Source of the DNA: a virus
Taxonomy: Duplodnaviria; Caudoviricetes
Direction: 5' to 3' (one strand)
Length of the DNA stretch: 64,000 bases
Virus record (IMG/VR): IMGVR_UViG_3300046167_000798
Numbering within the stretch: position 1 is the first letter of the stretch; every line of letters begins with the position of its first letter. A program made the translations under genes and the position numbers. The notes below the pieces were generated by a model. It was given only the letters and a program-made list of their open reading frames with translations. It made no database searches and was not told where the DNA came from. Shown here in pieces: positions 49,054-58,882 of the stretch.

Positions 49054-50838
49054 TTATCCATCACACGCAACACAATCAGGGTCAACTGCTCTTGTTGCGA
49101 TATCACCTCTAAGAACAGATTCAGTTCTCATATAATACAACGTTTTAATTCCTTGTTTCCAAGCTTCCATAGTTACTTGGTTAATCCATTTCGGTGATGC
49201 AATGGAAGGGAATGCTAAATTTAATGAAACTCCTTGGTCAATGTATTGTTGTCTTACACCAGCTTGTTTAACTAAATCCATTTGATTGATTTCTTTGAAA
49301 GTTCTGAAAACATCTTTAACAGGATAAATCTTATCTCTATCTCCATTTTCGATTTCATTACAAAGTAACATTTTACCATCTAAGTAACACCACTTATCAA
49401 GTTCTTTAATACCTTGAACAGAACCACCATCGGACATTATCTGGTCCCATGTTTCTTTATTATTGATACCTGCTTTTCTTAAAACCTTTACTAACTCATT
49501 GTTCTTTCTAATGAAAGTTCCTTTTGCAGTTTGTTCGGTGAATACATTCGCCGCCCAAGGTTCAATACCAGCAGATACGTTTCCAGCTAATTTAGAGTTA
49601 CTAACTGTTGGAGCAACTGCTCTTAAGTGAGTGTTTCTAAATCCACTTTCTCTACACCAAAGAGGTTCACCCATTTCAGATGCCATATCTCTTGATGCTC
49701 TTTCTGATTCTATCTTTAACTGAGAAAAAATCTTACGAGTTTCAAATTGAGCCTCCATACCTTCAAATGGAACACCATTTTGTTGTAGGTAAGTGTGCCA
49801 TCCTAAAACTCCCAATCCTAATGCTCTACCCTTTTCAGCAGATGCAACAGAGTTTTCGAATCCTCTCATATTTTTAGCCTTTTGAATAAACTCAGAAAGT
49901 ACTCCATCTAAGAACCAAGTTGCTGTATAAACTAAATCAGTATCTCTCCACTCGTTGTATTTAGCAAGATTTACTGATGATAAACAACAAACAAATGAAT
50001 GGTTCTCATCTGTATGTAAAGTAATTTCAGAACATATGTTTGTCATATGAACTTTTAATCCATTTTTTTTGTACATTTCAGGATTAGCTTTATTGATATT
50101 CCCTTTGTACATGATGTATGGTTCACCAGTTGCTTTTCTTTTTTGTAGTAATTTTCCCCACTTTCTTCTCGCATCAGGTTCTCCTTGTTCGAGTTTTCTC
50201 ATAAACTTATCACCTACAACTGCACATTGATGTAAGTTAAGTGATTGTCTATTTACATCTCCTTTAGGTTCTCTGATTTCTAACCACTCTTCGAAATCTT
50301 GGTGGTCAATATTAAGGTTAACTGAAGCAGCTCCCCTTCTTACTGAACCTTGGTTAGTTGCAAGTATTGTAGAATCGTATATCTTAGCAAATGGTACTAC
50401 ACCATCAGATGTTCCATTTCCACTAATTACAGAACCGGCTGGTCTGATTTGGTTTATTCCAATACCAACACCACCACCATGTTTTGCAAGTAACATCAAT
50501 TCTAAGTTCTTATTTCCAATATCATATATAGAATCAGCAACATCAATACCAAAACAAGATATAGGTAATCCTCTATCAGTACCAGTATTTGAAAGTACAG
50601 GAGTTGCAAGATTTAACCAACCTTTCCAAATATAATCGAAGAATTTAGTTGCCATCTGAGGTTTGTTTAACCTTTGAGCTACTCTTGTTGCAACTCTCCA
50701 ATACGCATCTTTTGGTTTTTCACCTGGTAACAAATATCCTTTTGATATTGTTTTAACATATATTTCTGTATTTGCCCATGAAGGGAAATCTACATCAAGT
50801 TCCCAACCTAAATCTGCTCCGTAGTTTGTTTTTGCCAT
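49054..50838 (-). CDS. nrdA: Class Ia ribonucleotide reductase alpha subunit (no ATP cone)
   Basis: ISCF, GGGVG, TNICSEI, CCLSS, APTVSNS, KTLYY, C-terminal CVACDG. Confidence 0.95.
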   Translation of the reverse strand: MAKTNYGADLGWELDVDFPSWANTEIYVKTISKGYLLPGEKPKDAYWRVATRVAQRLNKPQMATKFFDYIWKGWLNLATPVLSNTGTDRGLPISCFGIDVADSIYDIGNKNLELMLLAKHGGGVGIGINQIRPAGSVISGNGTSDGVVPFAKIYDSTILATNQGSVRRGAASVNLNIDHQDFEEWLEIREPKGDVNRQSLNLHQCAVVGDKFMRKLEQGEPDARRKWGKLLQKRKATGEPYIMYKGNINKANPEMYKKNGLKVHMTNICSEITLHTDENHSFVCCLSSVNLAKYNEWRDTDLVYTATWFLDGVLSEFIQKAKNMRGFENSVASAEKGRALGLGVLGWHTYLQQNGVPFEGMEAQFETRKIFSQLKIESERASRDMASEMGEPLWCRESGFRNTHLRAVAPTVSNSKLAGNVSAGIEPWAANVFTEQTAKGTFIRKNNELVKVLRKAGINNKETWDQIMSDGGSVQGIKELDKWCYLDGKMLLCNEIENGDRDKIYPVKDVFRTFKEINQMDLVKQAGVRQQYIDQGVSLNLAFPSIASPKWINQVTMEAWKQGIKTLYYMRTESVLRGDIATRAVDPDCVACDG

Positions 50839-50839
50839 T

Positions 50840-51283
50840 TTATATTAAATCTTTTTTTATTTTTTCTTTGTAGGTGTTTTCATCTATAAAACTATAAGTT
50901 CCTAAAATTTCTTCACCCTTTTTAATTTTCCTAATTGCAAGACCAGTTAAACTATCAATATTACCTAAAAGGCCTTTAGTATTAATTAAAGACCTTGGGT
51001 TTGTAAACAAAAAATTAGAATTTTTTGTTAATATAAATCTAACATCAGAATCATCATCTATAATATCACTCCCAAAGGAACGAAGTATATAAAGTAATAC
51101 ATCTTCAGGAAGTTTTTTTGCCAGTTTTAGTTTTACACTATACCAACCTGTTTTACCTTCCCATTTTGGGAAAACTTCGTCTCCCTTTTCTATATCAGTT
51201 AAAGCAAATAACCCAATTCCATGAATTTTACTAGGTTTTGCACAACTTTTTATAGAGTTAGAAATATACTCAAGTACATTCAT
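50840..51283 (-). CDS. SET-domain protein (divergent)
   Basis: PSKIHGIGLFALTDIEKGDEV and AIRKIKKGEEILGTY; canonical NHS replaced by INTK. Confidence 0.7.
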   Translation of the reverse strand: MNVLEYISNSIKSCAKPSKIHGIGLFALTDIEKGDEVFPKWEGKTGWYSVKLKLAKKLPEDVLLYILRSFGSDIIDDDSDVRFILTKNSNFLFTNPRSLINTKGLLGNIDSLTGLAIRKIKKGEEILGTYSFIDENTYKEKIKKDLI

Positions 51284-51292
51284 ACTCTTAGT

Positions 51293-52289
51293 TTAAAATA
51301 AATCTCCCCAATCTTCTCCTTCATTAGCCTTGCTATAATCAGTAGGTCTAACTGCAAAGAAATCAGTATGGGTTAATCCACCAGTTAAGTGATAGAACCA
51401 TTCTAATTTTTCTGCTTTGTTTTTATCGAATTCAAAAATAGATTCATACCCTAATTCTTGTAGTTTAGTATTTGTTCTTGCCTTTAATGAATTCTTTTAA
51501 ATCTTCTTTTTCAAGATTTTCCAAATCTCCTTGTTCAAAAATCATATCAATAAAGTTTGTTTCTAATTGTACAATTAGTTTTGATGCTTCAATAATTGAT
51601 TCTTTACATTCATCTAATAACTCAGGATATTCATCACACATATGTCTGAATAATTGACAACCCATTTTAGAATGTAGAGATTCATCTCTTACACTCCATT
51701 TCATTTGTTGTCCAATACCTTTTAATAGATTTCTCATTTGGAATGAGTAGAGTACTGCAAAGGAAGAGTAGAGCGATACTCCTTCAGCAAATGCTGAAAA
51801 TATCGCTAAGCTCCTACCTACTTCCTGTCTTGCTTTTGGATTTGTTGCCAAATCTTCATGTTTCCATTCTGCAGTAGTTGAAGTAAGGAGTTCAAACTTC
51901 TCAGCAACTGCAGGTTCGTGCAGAAATGCTGAAAAGTCATCTAATCCTAATGTTTCATTTAAGTATGAATATGCAGTAGCATGAATAGTTTCTTGAGAAC
52001 CGAACATCATAGCCATTTGTTTGATTTCGTGTTTCGGAAACCAATCAGTAACCATGTTAGTCCAATAATCAGAAACTGCACATTCAGTTTGAGCAAAACC
52101 AAGTAAGATATTCCCCACTAGATTTTTCTCAGCTGGGGTTAAACGTTCATTCCAATCCTTTACATCACCCTGCATCGGTATTTCTGTATGTAACCAAAAT
52201 GCTTGTGCCTGTTTTAACCAACCTTCTGTATAGTAGATTGGGTATTCGAATGGTTTAAATGGAATTCTTTCTTGAAATAGTTTGCTCAT
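51293..52289 (-). CDS. nrdB: Ribonucleotide reductase beta subunit (~331 aa after repairing one indel)
   Basis: FWLHTE, QETIHATAY, EGVSLYSSF, RDESLH, DFFAVRPTDY; extra G at 51481-51482. Confidence 0.95.
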
Positions 52290-52298
52290 AGTAACTTA

Positions 52299-52469
52299 TT
52301 ATTTTGATTCTTCTACTGAAGCTTTTCTGTAATCTGTTACTAGTTTCTTAACTTCACCAATTGCTTTTCTTGCTCTTGATTTAGCTGCTTTTGAACCACC
52401 ATTGTGTTCTGTTTCAAATTGAACGAATAAATCTTTAATCTGTTCAAATAGTTCTTGTGAATTTGCCAT
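52299..52469 (-). CDS. Histone H1-like nucleoid protein (Hc1 family, Bacteroidota type)
   Basis: GGSKAAKSRARKAIGEVKKLVTDYRKASV matches the Hc1-family pattern GNKAA..RARK....YRK.S. Confidence 0.75.
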   Translation of the reverse strand: MANSQELFEQIKDLFVQFETEHNGGSKAAKSRARKAIGEVKKLVTDYRKASVEESK

Positions 52470-52520
52470 AAAATATTTAATTATTAATTGTTTTGAAGTG
52501 ACCAATCATTTGGTCGTGTT

Positions 52521-52529
52521 TATAATTAT
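52521..52529 (-). promoter_or_regulatory. Class B motif variant ATAATTATA upstream of the Hc1-like gene
   Basis: Intergenic; followed by a GACCAA-N4-TTGGTC hairpin at 52500-52515. Confidence 0.35.
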
Positions 52530-52617
52530 AGTATATATTGAAAAACGAAATGATTTTTTTCATAATTTTTTTATCTTTTTCATTTTGTTATACTAAGTTA
52601 TTCTTTTTTAATGTGTG

Positions 52618-53589
52618 TTATAATTTTTTGATACACTTATCTAGTATATTTTTATTAGGTGTAGAATTAATATCAATCCCAAATTTGCCTGTATAATCAC
52701 AAGCTAATTCACTCCATGTAGATAATGATGTTTTAAATAATTCTCTAGTATTAGATAAACAATACAGGTCTAAAAAGTTCTTTGTATGTAATTCTAATGG
52801 AATTTCCCAACTAGATAATAAATCATAAAATTGATTTTTAAAAATCAAATTATCAGGATATCTATCAATCCATCTTTGAAAATCATTATCGTGTAAATCA
52901 TGAGAAATATAAAATTTTTGATTTGGACTTTTTTCTAATATCAAATCTATCTTTTCAAAATAAACTTCATCTTTAATAAAATCAAATTGATAAAATTTCC
53001 AAGCTGGCATATCTTTTACTTTTAATCTAATATACTCAGAAAGTATATCATGATTCCAACCTTCAAATAAATTTAAATCAATTGAATTTCCATTATTTAT
53101 TTTTACACCTCTACCTCTTCTAATATGAATACCAATACTGTTCTTAACAATATCTCTTATATCTTTATTTATATCCTTATGCTTAAACTGTAAGTTATTA
53201 ATAAATCTTTTTGTATAGTTTGATGAGAAATCAGAAATTTGTCTTTGTGTAAAATCTGTATAATAATTCTTATCTTCTAATTTTAACTTACCATTTACAA
53301 TATCTTGAACCATTTCATCAGTAATTGGTAAGTATTCATCAAAGTTAATTGTATCTGTTCTTAATACTGTTGTATTTTCTAATTCAAAACAGTTATTGGT
53401 TTCAGGATTTTGTTGAATATCAATAATAACTTCAAATTTATCATCATGTATATGATTTATAATTTTTAGTAATTCCCAACACAATAAACGATTACATAAT
53501 CCTGTATCATTTAATTGGTCTTCTCCATAGATTTCATCCAATGGTCTATAAATTCCTCTATTATTTAAATCTGCTACAACTAATTTCAT
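52618..53589 (-). CDS. GT11/GT23-like (fucosyltransferase-type) glycosyltransferase
   Basis: GLCNRL, SIGIHIRRG, FYISHD, DLYCLS, STWS. Confidence 0.65.
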   Translation of the reverse strand: MKLVVADLNNRGIYRPLDEIYGEDQLNDTGLCNRLLCWELLKIINHIHDDKFEVIIDIQQNPETNNCFELENTTVLRTDTINFDEYLPITDEMVQDIVNGKLKLEDKNYYTDFTQRQISDFSSNYTKRFINNLQFKHKDINKDIRDIVKNSIGIHIRRGRGVKINNGNSIDLNLFEGWNHDILSEYIRLKVKDMPAWKFYQFDFIKDEVYFEKIDLILEKSPNQKFYISHDLHDNDFQRWIDRYPDNLIFKNQFYDLLSSWEIPLELHTKNFLDLYCLSNTRELFKTSLSTWSELACDYTGKFGIDINSTPNKNILDKCIKKL

Positions 53590-54954
53590 CTATCCCATAT
53601 TCTCTACATACTTTTTATGTAGAAGTTTTTTTGTTTCTAATTGTCCACTAGCCGATTGTTTTGTTGCAATCACACCATCTGGTGATGTTCCTTCATATAC
53701 TTCAATGTAACCTGTATTGGTATTCATCTTACAAGGAAATGTTATTCCATCTGGTCCGAATCTGTTTTTCATAATGTGAGCTCTTGCAGTATCATTAAGT
53801 TTATCTTTTGATTTTCTACTCCAACTCATAATGAAATCGGCGTTCATTACTTTTGCATAAGAATCTGCAATCTTATCTGCCTCAATAACTTCGGAATCAA
53901 TTGCTGAACGGTTGGTCTGAGATGCAGTCCAAATTGGTATTTCCAATTCACCACTCATTCCACGAAGGTCAATATAAACCCCTCCTTGTTCCGCATAAGT
54001 AGAGTCTGACTTATTCGAATGGGAGAGTAGAAGGTCGGCATAATCTACAATGATAACATCGGGTTTGTTATCTAACGTAACCATTTTCTCAATATGTTGC
54101 TGTAACTTTTTTACTGTAACACCCTTTGGAGGAAAATATTTTATCAATAATTTCCCATTAAGATTTGTAATTTTTGCTTTAACTTCTTCTTTCTTTTCCT
54201 TCAATTCTGTGGAAGGTATTTGTGTAAACACAGTATCATATCTAGCACCAACGTAGTGCTCTGATAATTCCATTGTGTAATGTACTACACTCAAACCTTT
54301 CCGAACAGCTTCTGCACCGATTGCGGTGAGAATCCATGTTTTTCCTACACCCGAAGGTGCTACAACTACTCCAAGTTCACCAGGTCCTAATCCACCATCC
54401 ATCAGTGCATTAATTGGCTCCCATTTAGTTGGAACTGTTGTTCTATTTAGTTCTTCGGCTCTTAAATCAAAGTCCTCTATATAATCCATACCTAAGTTGG
54501 TTTCATTACCAACCTTCATAGCCGAATCTACTAAATCTTTTATTCTATCATACGAACCAGCTTGTAATAAATCTACTGATTGTAAGATTACTCCTTTTAA
54601 ATTTTGATTAATACAGAAATTCTTAAACTCATCCTTTATATAATCTAAATCTACATTACCAATATTAGTAAAAACGTGTCTTAGTTGTTCAACAACAGTT
54701 TTCTTTAAAACTTCGTTATCTACTTTTGATAATTGTGATTTGAATACATCGAGTGTAGGAGGTTTTTTATATTCTGAATGATACTGAAGTATTTCTGAAA
54801 CAATCCACTTGTTTGCATCGTTCTCAAAGAACTTTTGAGTGGTTATTTCTGAAATAGTATCTAAGAACTTGCCATCAACCAAAAGTGATGATACAACCTT
54901 CGATTGAAATGATTGTCCATATTTTGATAATGTATCTACTTTTTGTTCTTGCAT
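53590..54954 (-). CDS. Replicative DNA helicase (DnaB / T4 gp41-like)
   Basis: APSGVGKT, YTMELS, IVDYAD, TASQTNR, KNRFG. Confidence 0.93.
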   Translation of the reverse strand: MQEQKVDTLSKYGQSFQSKVVSSLLVDGKFLDTISEITTQKFFENDANKWIVSEILQYHSEYKKPPTLDVFKSQLSKVDNEVLKKTVVEQLRHVFTNIGNVDLDYIKDEFKNFCINQNLKGVILQSVDLLQAGSYDRIKDLVDSAMKVGNETNLGMDYIEDFDLRAEELNRTTVPTKWEPINALMDGGLGPGELGVVVAPSGVGKTWILTAIGAEAVRKGLSVVHYTMELSEHYVGARYDTVFTQIPSTELKEKKEEVKAKITNLNGKLLIKYFPPKGVTVKKLQQHIEKMVTLDNKPDVIIVDYADLLLSHSNKSDSTYAEQGGVYIDLRGMSGELEIPIWTASQTNRSAIDSEVIEADKIADSYAKVMNADFIMSWSRKSKDKLNDTARAHIMKNRFGPDGITFPCKMNTNTGYIEVYEGTSPDGVIATKQSASGQLETKKLLHKKYVENMG

Positions 54955-54976
54955 TGACTCTTTTTTAAAACTTATA

Positions 54977-55008
54977 CAAATATACGAAATTTATTTTTAA
55001 TATCCAAA
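54977..55008 (-). promoter_or_regulatory. Class A promoter (TTTG-N20-TATATTTG)
   Basis: Perfect consensus upstream of the helicase. Confidence 0.82.
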
Positions 55009-56064
55009 TTAATCAGTAATTAAATTTCCAAATGTTATTTTTAACCAATCATTTATATCACCAAAACTACCCAATGATTTATATTTTAGTAATATTTTCA
55101 TAAAATCCATTTTATTTAATGGTTTAATTGGTTCGTTAAACCTATCTAAAGTTTTCATTTTAATTTGGCCCGAAATATCAACATCATCTAACTGCATTAA
55201 ATCTTCATTAAGTAAGATTTGTCTTTTAGATTTAAGTATATCTTTGTATATTTTTATTTTTCCTTTTGTTTCCTCTACTTTTACCTCAGCTAATTCTAAT
55301 AAATCATCTACTGATAATTTCTTTTCTTCGGTAATTTCAGGAAATCTTTTTACTAGGGTTTTAATTCCACACCCATATACACCAGGTATGTTATCTGATT
55401 TATCCCCATCTAATACTCTGTATAATAAAAGATTTTTAGATTCTATTCCATATTCTTCTTTTACCATTTTTGTATTATACATTTTCTTTTTAGTAGGTGA
55501 CCAAACAATTGTAGTATCATTAACTAATTGAAGGAAATCCTTATCAGTTGACATTATCACCGCTTGTTCATCTTCTTTTAAAATATTTGTGGTTATATAA
55601 GCCATGATATCATCGGCTTCAACACCATCGTATATCATAGTTGTAAGAGGTAATCCATCTAACATTTCGTTTAACCAAACGAATTGTCTTTTCATAGATT
55701 CTCTTTCATCCTCATCGTTCATCAAATCAGCGTACTGTCTGTTAACTCTGAGTTTGTTTTTATCTCTTTGTGCTTTATAACCACTAAATACTTTTTTTCT
55801 TCTTTTAGAACCACCCTGTCCATCAAAAACTACAACAACACGAGATGGTTGAGTTTGCCTAATTGCATATCCAATAGATTTTAGGGCTCCTGTTACACCA
55901 CCAATATGGTCTCCATCCTCATTCATAGTGGGGATAGATGACCAACATCTGATAAATGTATTTAACCCATCAATAATTAATACACGAGAATTCTTGTGTC
56001 TATTGATATTATTTTCTCTATCGGTCTCAACCGAATCTAATATGTTCTTGTAAAGTTCTTTCAT
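55009..56064 (-). CDS. 5'-3' exonuclease / flap endonuclease (T4 RNase H-like)
   Basis: IIDGLN, VFDG, YKAQR, EADDI, STDKDFLQL, GDKSDNIPGV. Confidence 0.92.
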   Translation of the reverse strand: MKELYKNILDSVETDRENNINRHKNSRVLIIDGLNTFIRCWSSIPTMNEDGDHIGGVTGALKSIGYAIRQTQPSRVVVVFDGQGGSKRRKKVFSGYKAQRDKNKLRVNRQYADLMNDEDERESMKRQFVWLNEMLDGLPLTTMIYDGVEADDIMAYITTNILKEDEQAVIMSTDKDFLQLVNDTTIVWSPTKKKMYNTKMVKEEYGIESKNLLLYRVLDGDKSDNIPGVYGCGIKTLVKRFPEITEEKKLSVDDLLELAEVKVEETKGKIKIYKDILKSKRQILLNEDLMQLDDVDISGQIKMKTLDRFNEPIKPLNKMDFMKILLKYKSLGSFGDINDWLKITFGNLITD

Positions 56065-56285
56065 TATAATACAGTTTTTCCGTCAAAGTAAGTTTGTAAT
56101 GTTCCTATTCTATCATCTGCATCTACTAACTTAATCAGAGCTTCCTCTGCATTTTTGTAGAAATCTTCAGTAGAATGGTCACCAATACCAACTGCTTTTG
56201 AACCCAATAGTTCTAATGAAAGTAGAGCCTTTGCTTTATCAGCTTTGGCACTACTCATTAACATTTCATATAATTTTGCATCCAT
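56064..56285 (-). CDS. Hypothetical protein
   Basis: 73-aa ORF; GIGDHS. Confidence 0.65.
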   Translation of the reverse strand: MDAKLYEMLMSSAKADKAKALLSLELLGSKAVGIGDHSTEDFYKNAEEALIKLVDADDRIGTLQTYFDGKTVL

Positions 56286-56289
56286 AGTT

Positions 56290-57417
56290 TTACTCGTTTA
56301 TACCAGCACCTTTGGTATCTATTTCCATATTATCAATATCGAGAGTATCTCCTTTATATTGTAAGATTGTTTCTTCACATATCTTTTTATAAATTTGTTC
56401 TCTAAGTTCTTCATTCTCACCCATCAAAGGAATAAAATCTTTTGATTGAAATTTGAATTCTTCACCTGTTTCAGTATCAACATATGCATACCATGCACCA
56501 GCTTGTTTTACTAGTTTATTTTCTTTCATTACAGATAACCATGAACCATAGTTATCAATACCTCTATCGAAGAAAATTTCAAAATCAGCTGCCCTTAGAG
56601 GTGGGCCCATTCTGTTTTTTACAACTTGACAACGTACTTTCATACCAACTGTCTTATCCTTACCATTTACCTTCATCTTGATTTGTCCCATATTCTTTAA
56701 CCTTAATCTTACAGATGCATGGAAAGCCAAAGCTTTTCCACCACTTGTAGTCCAAGGGTCACCGAACATAGCATTCATCTTCTGTCTTAATTGGTTAGTA
56801 AATACCAATGAGATTTTCTGTCTACCAATCATATTGGTAATCTTTCTCATTGCCTTCGAGATAATAATAGCTTTATCAGTAGCATATCCATCTTTCTTGT
56901 AATCTGCCGCTAATTCATTAGTTGTAGAAGCAGCCGCAACTGAATCTACTACTATTGTTACTATCTTATCTTTGGAAGTTTCTCTAACTTTCTCAATGAT
57001 AGTTTCTGTGAAATCAAAGATTTGTTCAACCGAATCAGCTGTAACATAAAGAAGTTTAGAAACGTCAACACCGATTGCTTCTAAAAATTCTCTACTTACT
57101 GCAGTTTCTGTATCAATAAGAACAGCAACACCACCTTGTTTCTGTGTTTCCGCAAGGAGGTGTGCTGATACTAATGATTTTCCTGATTGTTCTAATCCTG
57201 TGATTTCAGTTATTCTACCAACAGGTAAACCACCATAAGGACGATTGGAGACAGCTACATCCAACATTGCACATCCTGTCGATATCCACCCATCTACATT
57301 TGTAGGAGCTTCATCATCATTAAGAAAAAATGCTACTTTGGAATCTTTCGATTGTTTGTTAAGTTCACCCGCCAGAATATCTGCCAAGTCAAGCTCTTTT
57401 GCTTTCTTTTTCGCCAT
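56290..57417 (-). CDS. recA: RecA/UvsX recombinase
   Basis: GLEQSGKS, LIDTE, VVDSVAA, FTNQLR, TTSGGKALAFHAS, VVKNRMGPP. Confidence 0.96.
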   Translation of the reverse strand: MAKKKAKELDLADILAGELNKQSKDSKVAFFLNDDEAPTNVDGWISTGCAMLDVAVSNRPYGGLPVGRITEITGLEQSGKSLVSAHLLAETQKQGGVAVLIDTETAVSREFLEAIGVDVSKLLYVTADSVEQIFDFTETIIEKVRETSKDKIVTIVVDSVAAASTTNELAADYKKDGYATDKAIIISKAMRKITNMIGRQKISLVFTNQLRQKMNAMFGDPWTTSGGKALAFHASVRLRLKNMGQIKMKVNGKDKTVGMKVRCQVVKNRMGPPLRAADFEIFFDRGIDNYGSWLSVMKENKLVKQAGAWYAYVDTETGEEFKFQSKDFIPLMGENEELREQIYKKICEETILQYKGDTLDIDNMEIDTKGAGINE

Positions 57418-57428
57418 TAAATTGGTTT

Positions 57429-58232
57429 TTAGTTGTTAAATAAATCATCAAATGCAGCCGCTACATCATCAGTTTTCTTTGCAGATTCTGTTGTAGTTGG
57501 TGCAACTTTTGTTGGTTGAGTTGTAGGTGTACTTTGAGATAAAGTAGACTGAGATACAGTTTCTTCTTTTCCTTCACCACTTGGGTTCAACCATCCCTCT
57601 AATACTGATTTTAATTCATCATAAGATAATTCAGAATATAAATCTGTAATTTCAGTTTGTGATTCAATCCATTTAGTTACCTTTTCAGCATCTTCGCTTA
57701 CTGGTGTAGCTTTTGGTTTAACTCTAATAGTAGTAGTTGGATAAGTAGTTCCAGCTTCTTCTGCTGATTTATACTCTATCGTTAAATCTCTACCACCACT
57801 TGGGTCTGTGATATCTCCATAATCAGGGTCAGCAATGTAACCAAGAATTTCTTGATATACTGTTTTACCGAATCCCCAAAAACGAACTCCTTCACCTTCT
57901 TCGCCTCTTACAACAACAGGTACGAAAGTTCTCAACTTAGGCTCCATAGCCTTTGCTGCTTTCCAATCTTCTTTATCTCCCATTCTTTTTAGTTTATCCG
58001 CAAACTCTACAATAGGGTCTGGTCTACCAAATGATTGTGGTGATAAATAAGTTTTGTTGTTAATGTTATAGTGAAAGTACAATTCGATGAATGGATTATC
58101 TTTTTCGAATTGGTAAGGAACGATTCTCACTTGGTGCTTACCAGGTGTTGGTTTCCATAATGAGTCTGATTTCCTTTGTGTGTTTTGTAGTTTGTTCAGT
58201 CTACCTCTGATTGCGTTAATGTCTAAAGCCAT
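57429..58232 (-). CDS. Single-stranded DNA-binding protein (gp32-like)
   Basis: LWKP, VRIVP, WGFGKTVY, DITDP..GRD; acidic tail AAFDDLFNN. Confidence 0.82.
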   Translation of the reverse strand: MALDINAIRGRLNKLQNTQRKSDSLWKPTPGKHQVRIVPYQFEKDNPFIELYFHYNINNKTYLSPQSFGRPDPIVEFADKLKRMGDKEDWKAAKAMEPKLRTFVPVVVRGEEGEGVRFWGFGKTVYQEILGYIADPDYGDITDPSGGRDLTIEYKSAEEAGTTYPTTTIRVKPKATPVSEDAEKVTKWIESQTEITDLYSELSYDELKSVLEGWLNPSGEGKEETVSQSTLSQSTPTTQPTKVAPTTTESAKKTDDVAAAFDDLFNN

Positions 58233-58281
58233 GATTTTTACCTTTTAGTTTTAATTAATTTATTTTTTAAGTTTAAGTTTT

Positions 58282-58304
58282 GAGTGCTAAACTTATTAAC
58301 ACTC
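58282..58304 (-). promoter_or_regulatory. RNA hairpin in the SSB 5' leader
   Basis: GAGUGUUAA-UAAGU-UUAGCACUC: 9-bp stem whose one mismatch is a G.U pair only on the minus strand. Confidence 0.5.
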
Positions 58305-58312
58305 GGTGTATA

Positions 58313-58321
58313 TATAAATAT
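58313..58321 (-). promoter_or_regulatory. Class B motif ATANTTATA
   Basis: ATATTTATA upstream of SSB. Confidence 0.45.
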
Positions 58322-58369
58322 AAAGAAATCATAAAAAACACCGAATTTTTATAATTACTTATTAACAAT

Positions 58370-58804
58370 TTACTTAGCCCATTTCCCACTTGAAACCAAC
58401 TGAGCAATGATACCATATACTGATAAATCTTGGAAGGTATCTTCACATGATTCACCTATATTATCTTGTTTACCTAATACAACTAATTGTTTTAATCTTT
58501 GAATCTTATCATTCATTCTAAACCAAAGACCTGTAAGAGATACTTTCTTTTCATCTTCAGTTTCTAAATTACTACCAACAGAAATATTATCTGGTCCATA
58601 GTTAGATTGTTTTAAACAAAATAATTCATATTGTGTAAACATAATTCTTTTAAACTCTGCCGTCATTTCAGGCCATTGTTTTTCCATTTCTTCTACAACC
58701 TTTGGGTTATCATATTGTAAAACCTCATCATATTGGGGTTCTACCTTAATTGGATTAAAACTGTGTTTTTTACTTTTAGTACTTAATACTTTTTTTCCTG
58801 CCAT
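58370..58804 (-). CDS. DUF1599 / nucleotide-modification-associated domain 1 (Nmad1) protein
   Basis: KQSNYG, RMNDKIQRL, ESCEDTFQDLSVYGIIA. Confidence 0.78.
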   Translation of the reverse strand: MAGKKVLSTKSKKHSFNPIKVEPQYDEVLQYDNPKVVEEMEKQWPEMTAEFKRIMFTQYELFCLKQSNYGPDNISVGSNLETEDEKKVSLTGLWFRMNDKIQRLKQLVVLGKQDNIGESCEDTFQDLSVYGIIAQLVSSGKWAK

Positions 58805-58829
58805 TTATTTAAATTTTAATTTTGTTATA

Positions 58830-58861
58830 CAAATATACGAAAGTTTTTTCAAACTTCCAAG
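58830..58861 (-). promoter_or_regulatory. Class A promoter (CTTG-N20-TATATTTG)
   Basis: Consensus match. Confidence 0.8.
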
Positions 58862-58882
58862 TCTTTTTTAATTTTTTTTTTA

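Noticed and set aside
41292-57417. Inteins or introns in polB, nrdA, helicase, recA
   Set aside because: Lengths are normal, catalytic motifs are contiguous, and no intein termini or LAGLIDADG motifs were seen
58282-58304. CIRCE (HrcA) operator
   Set aside because: Half-sites are in swapped order with a 5-nt spacer (CIRCE is TTAGCACTC-N9-GAGTGCTAA) and it precedes ssb, not a chaperone; treated as an RNA hairpin
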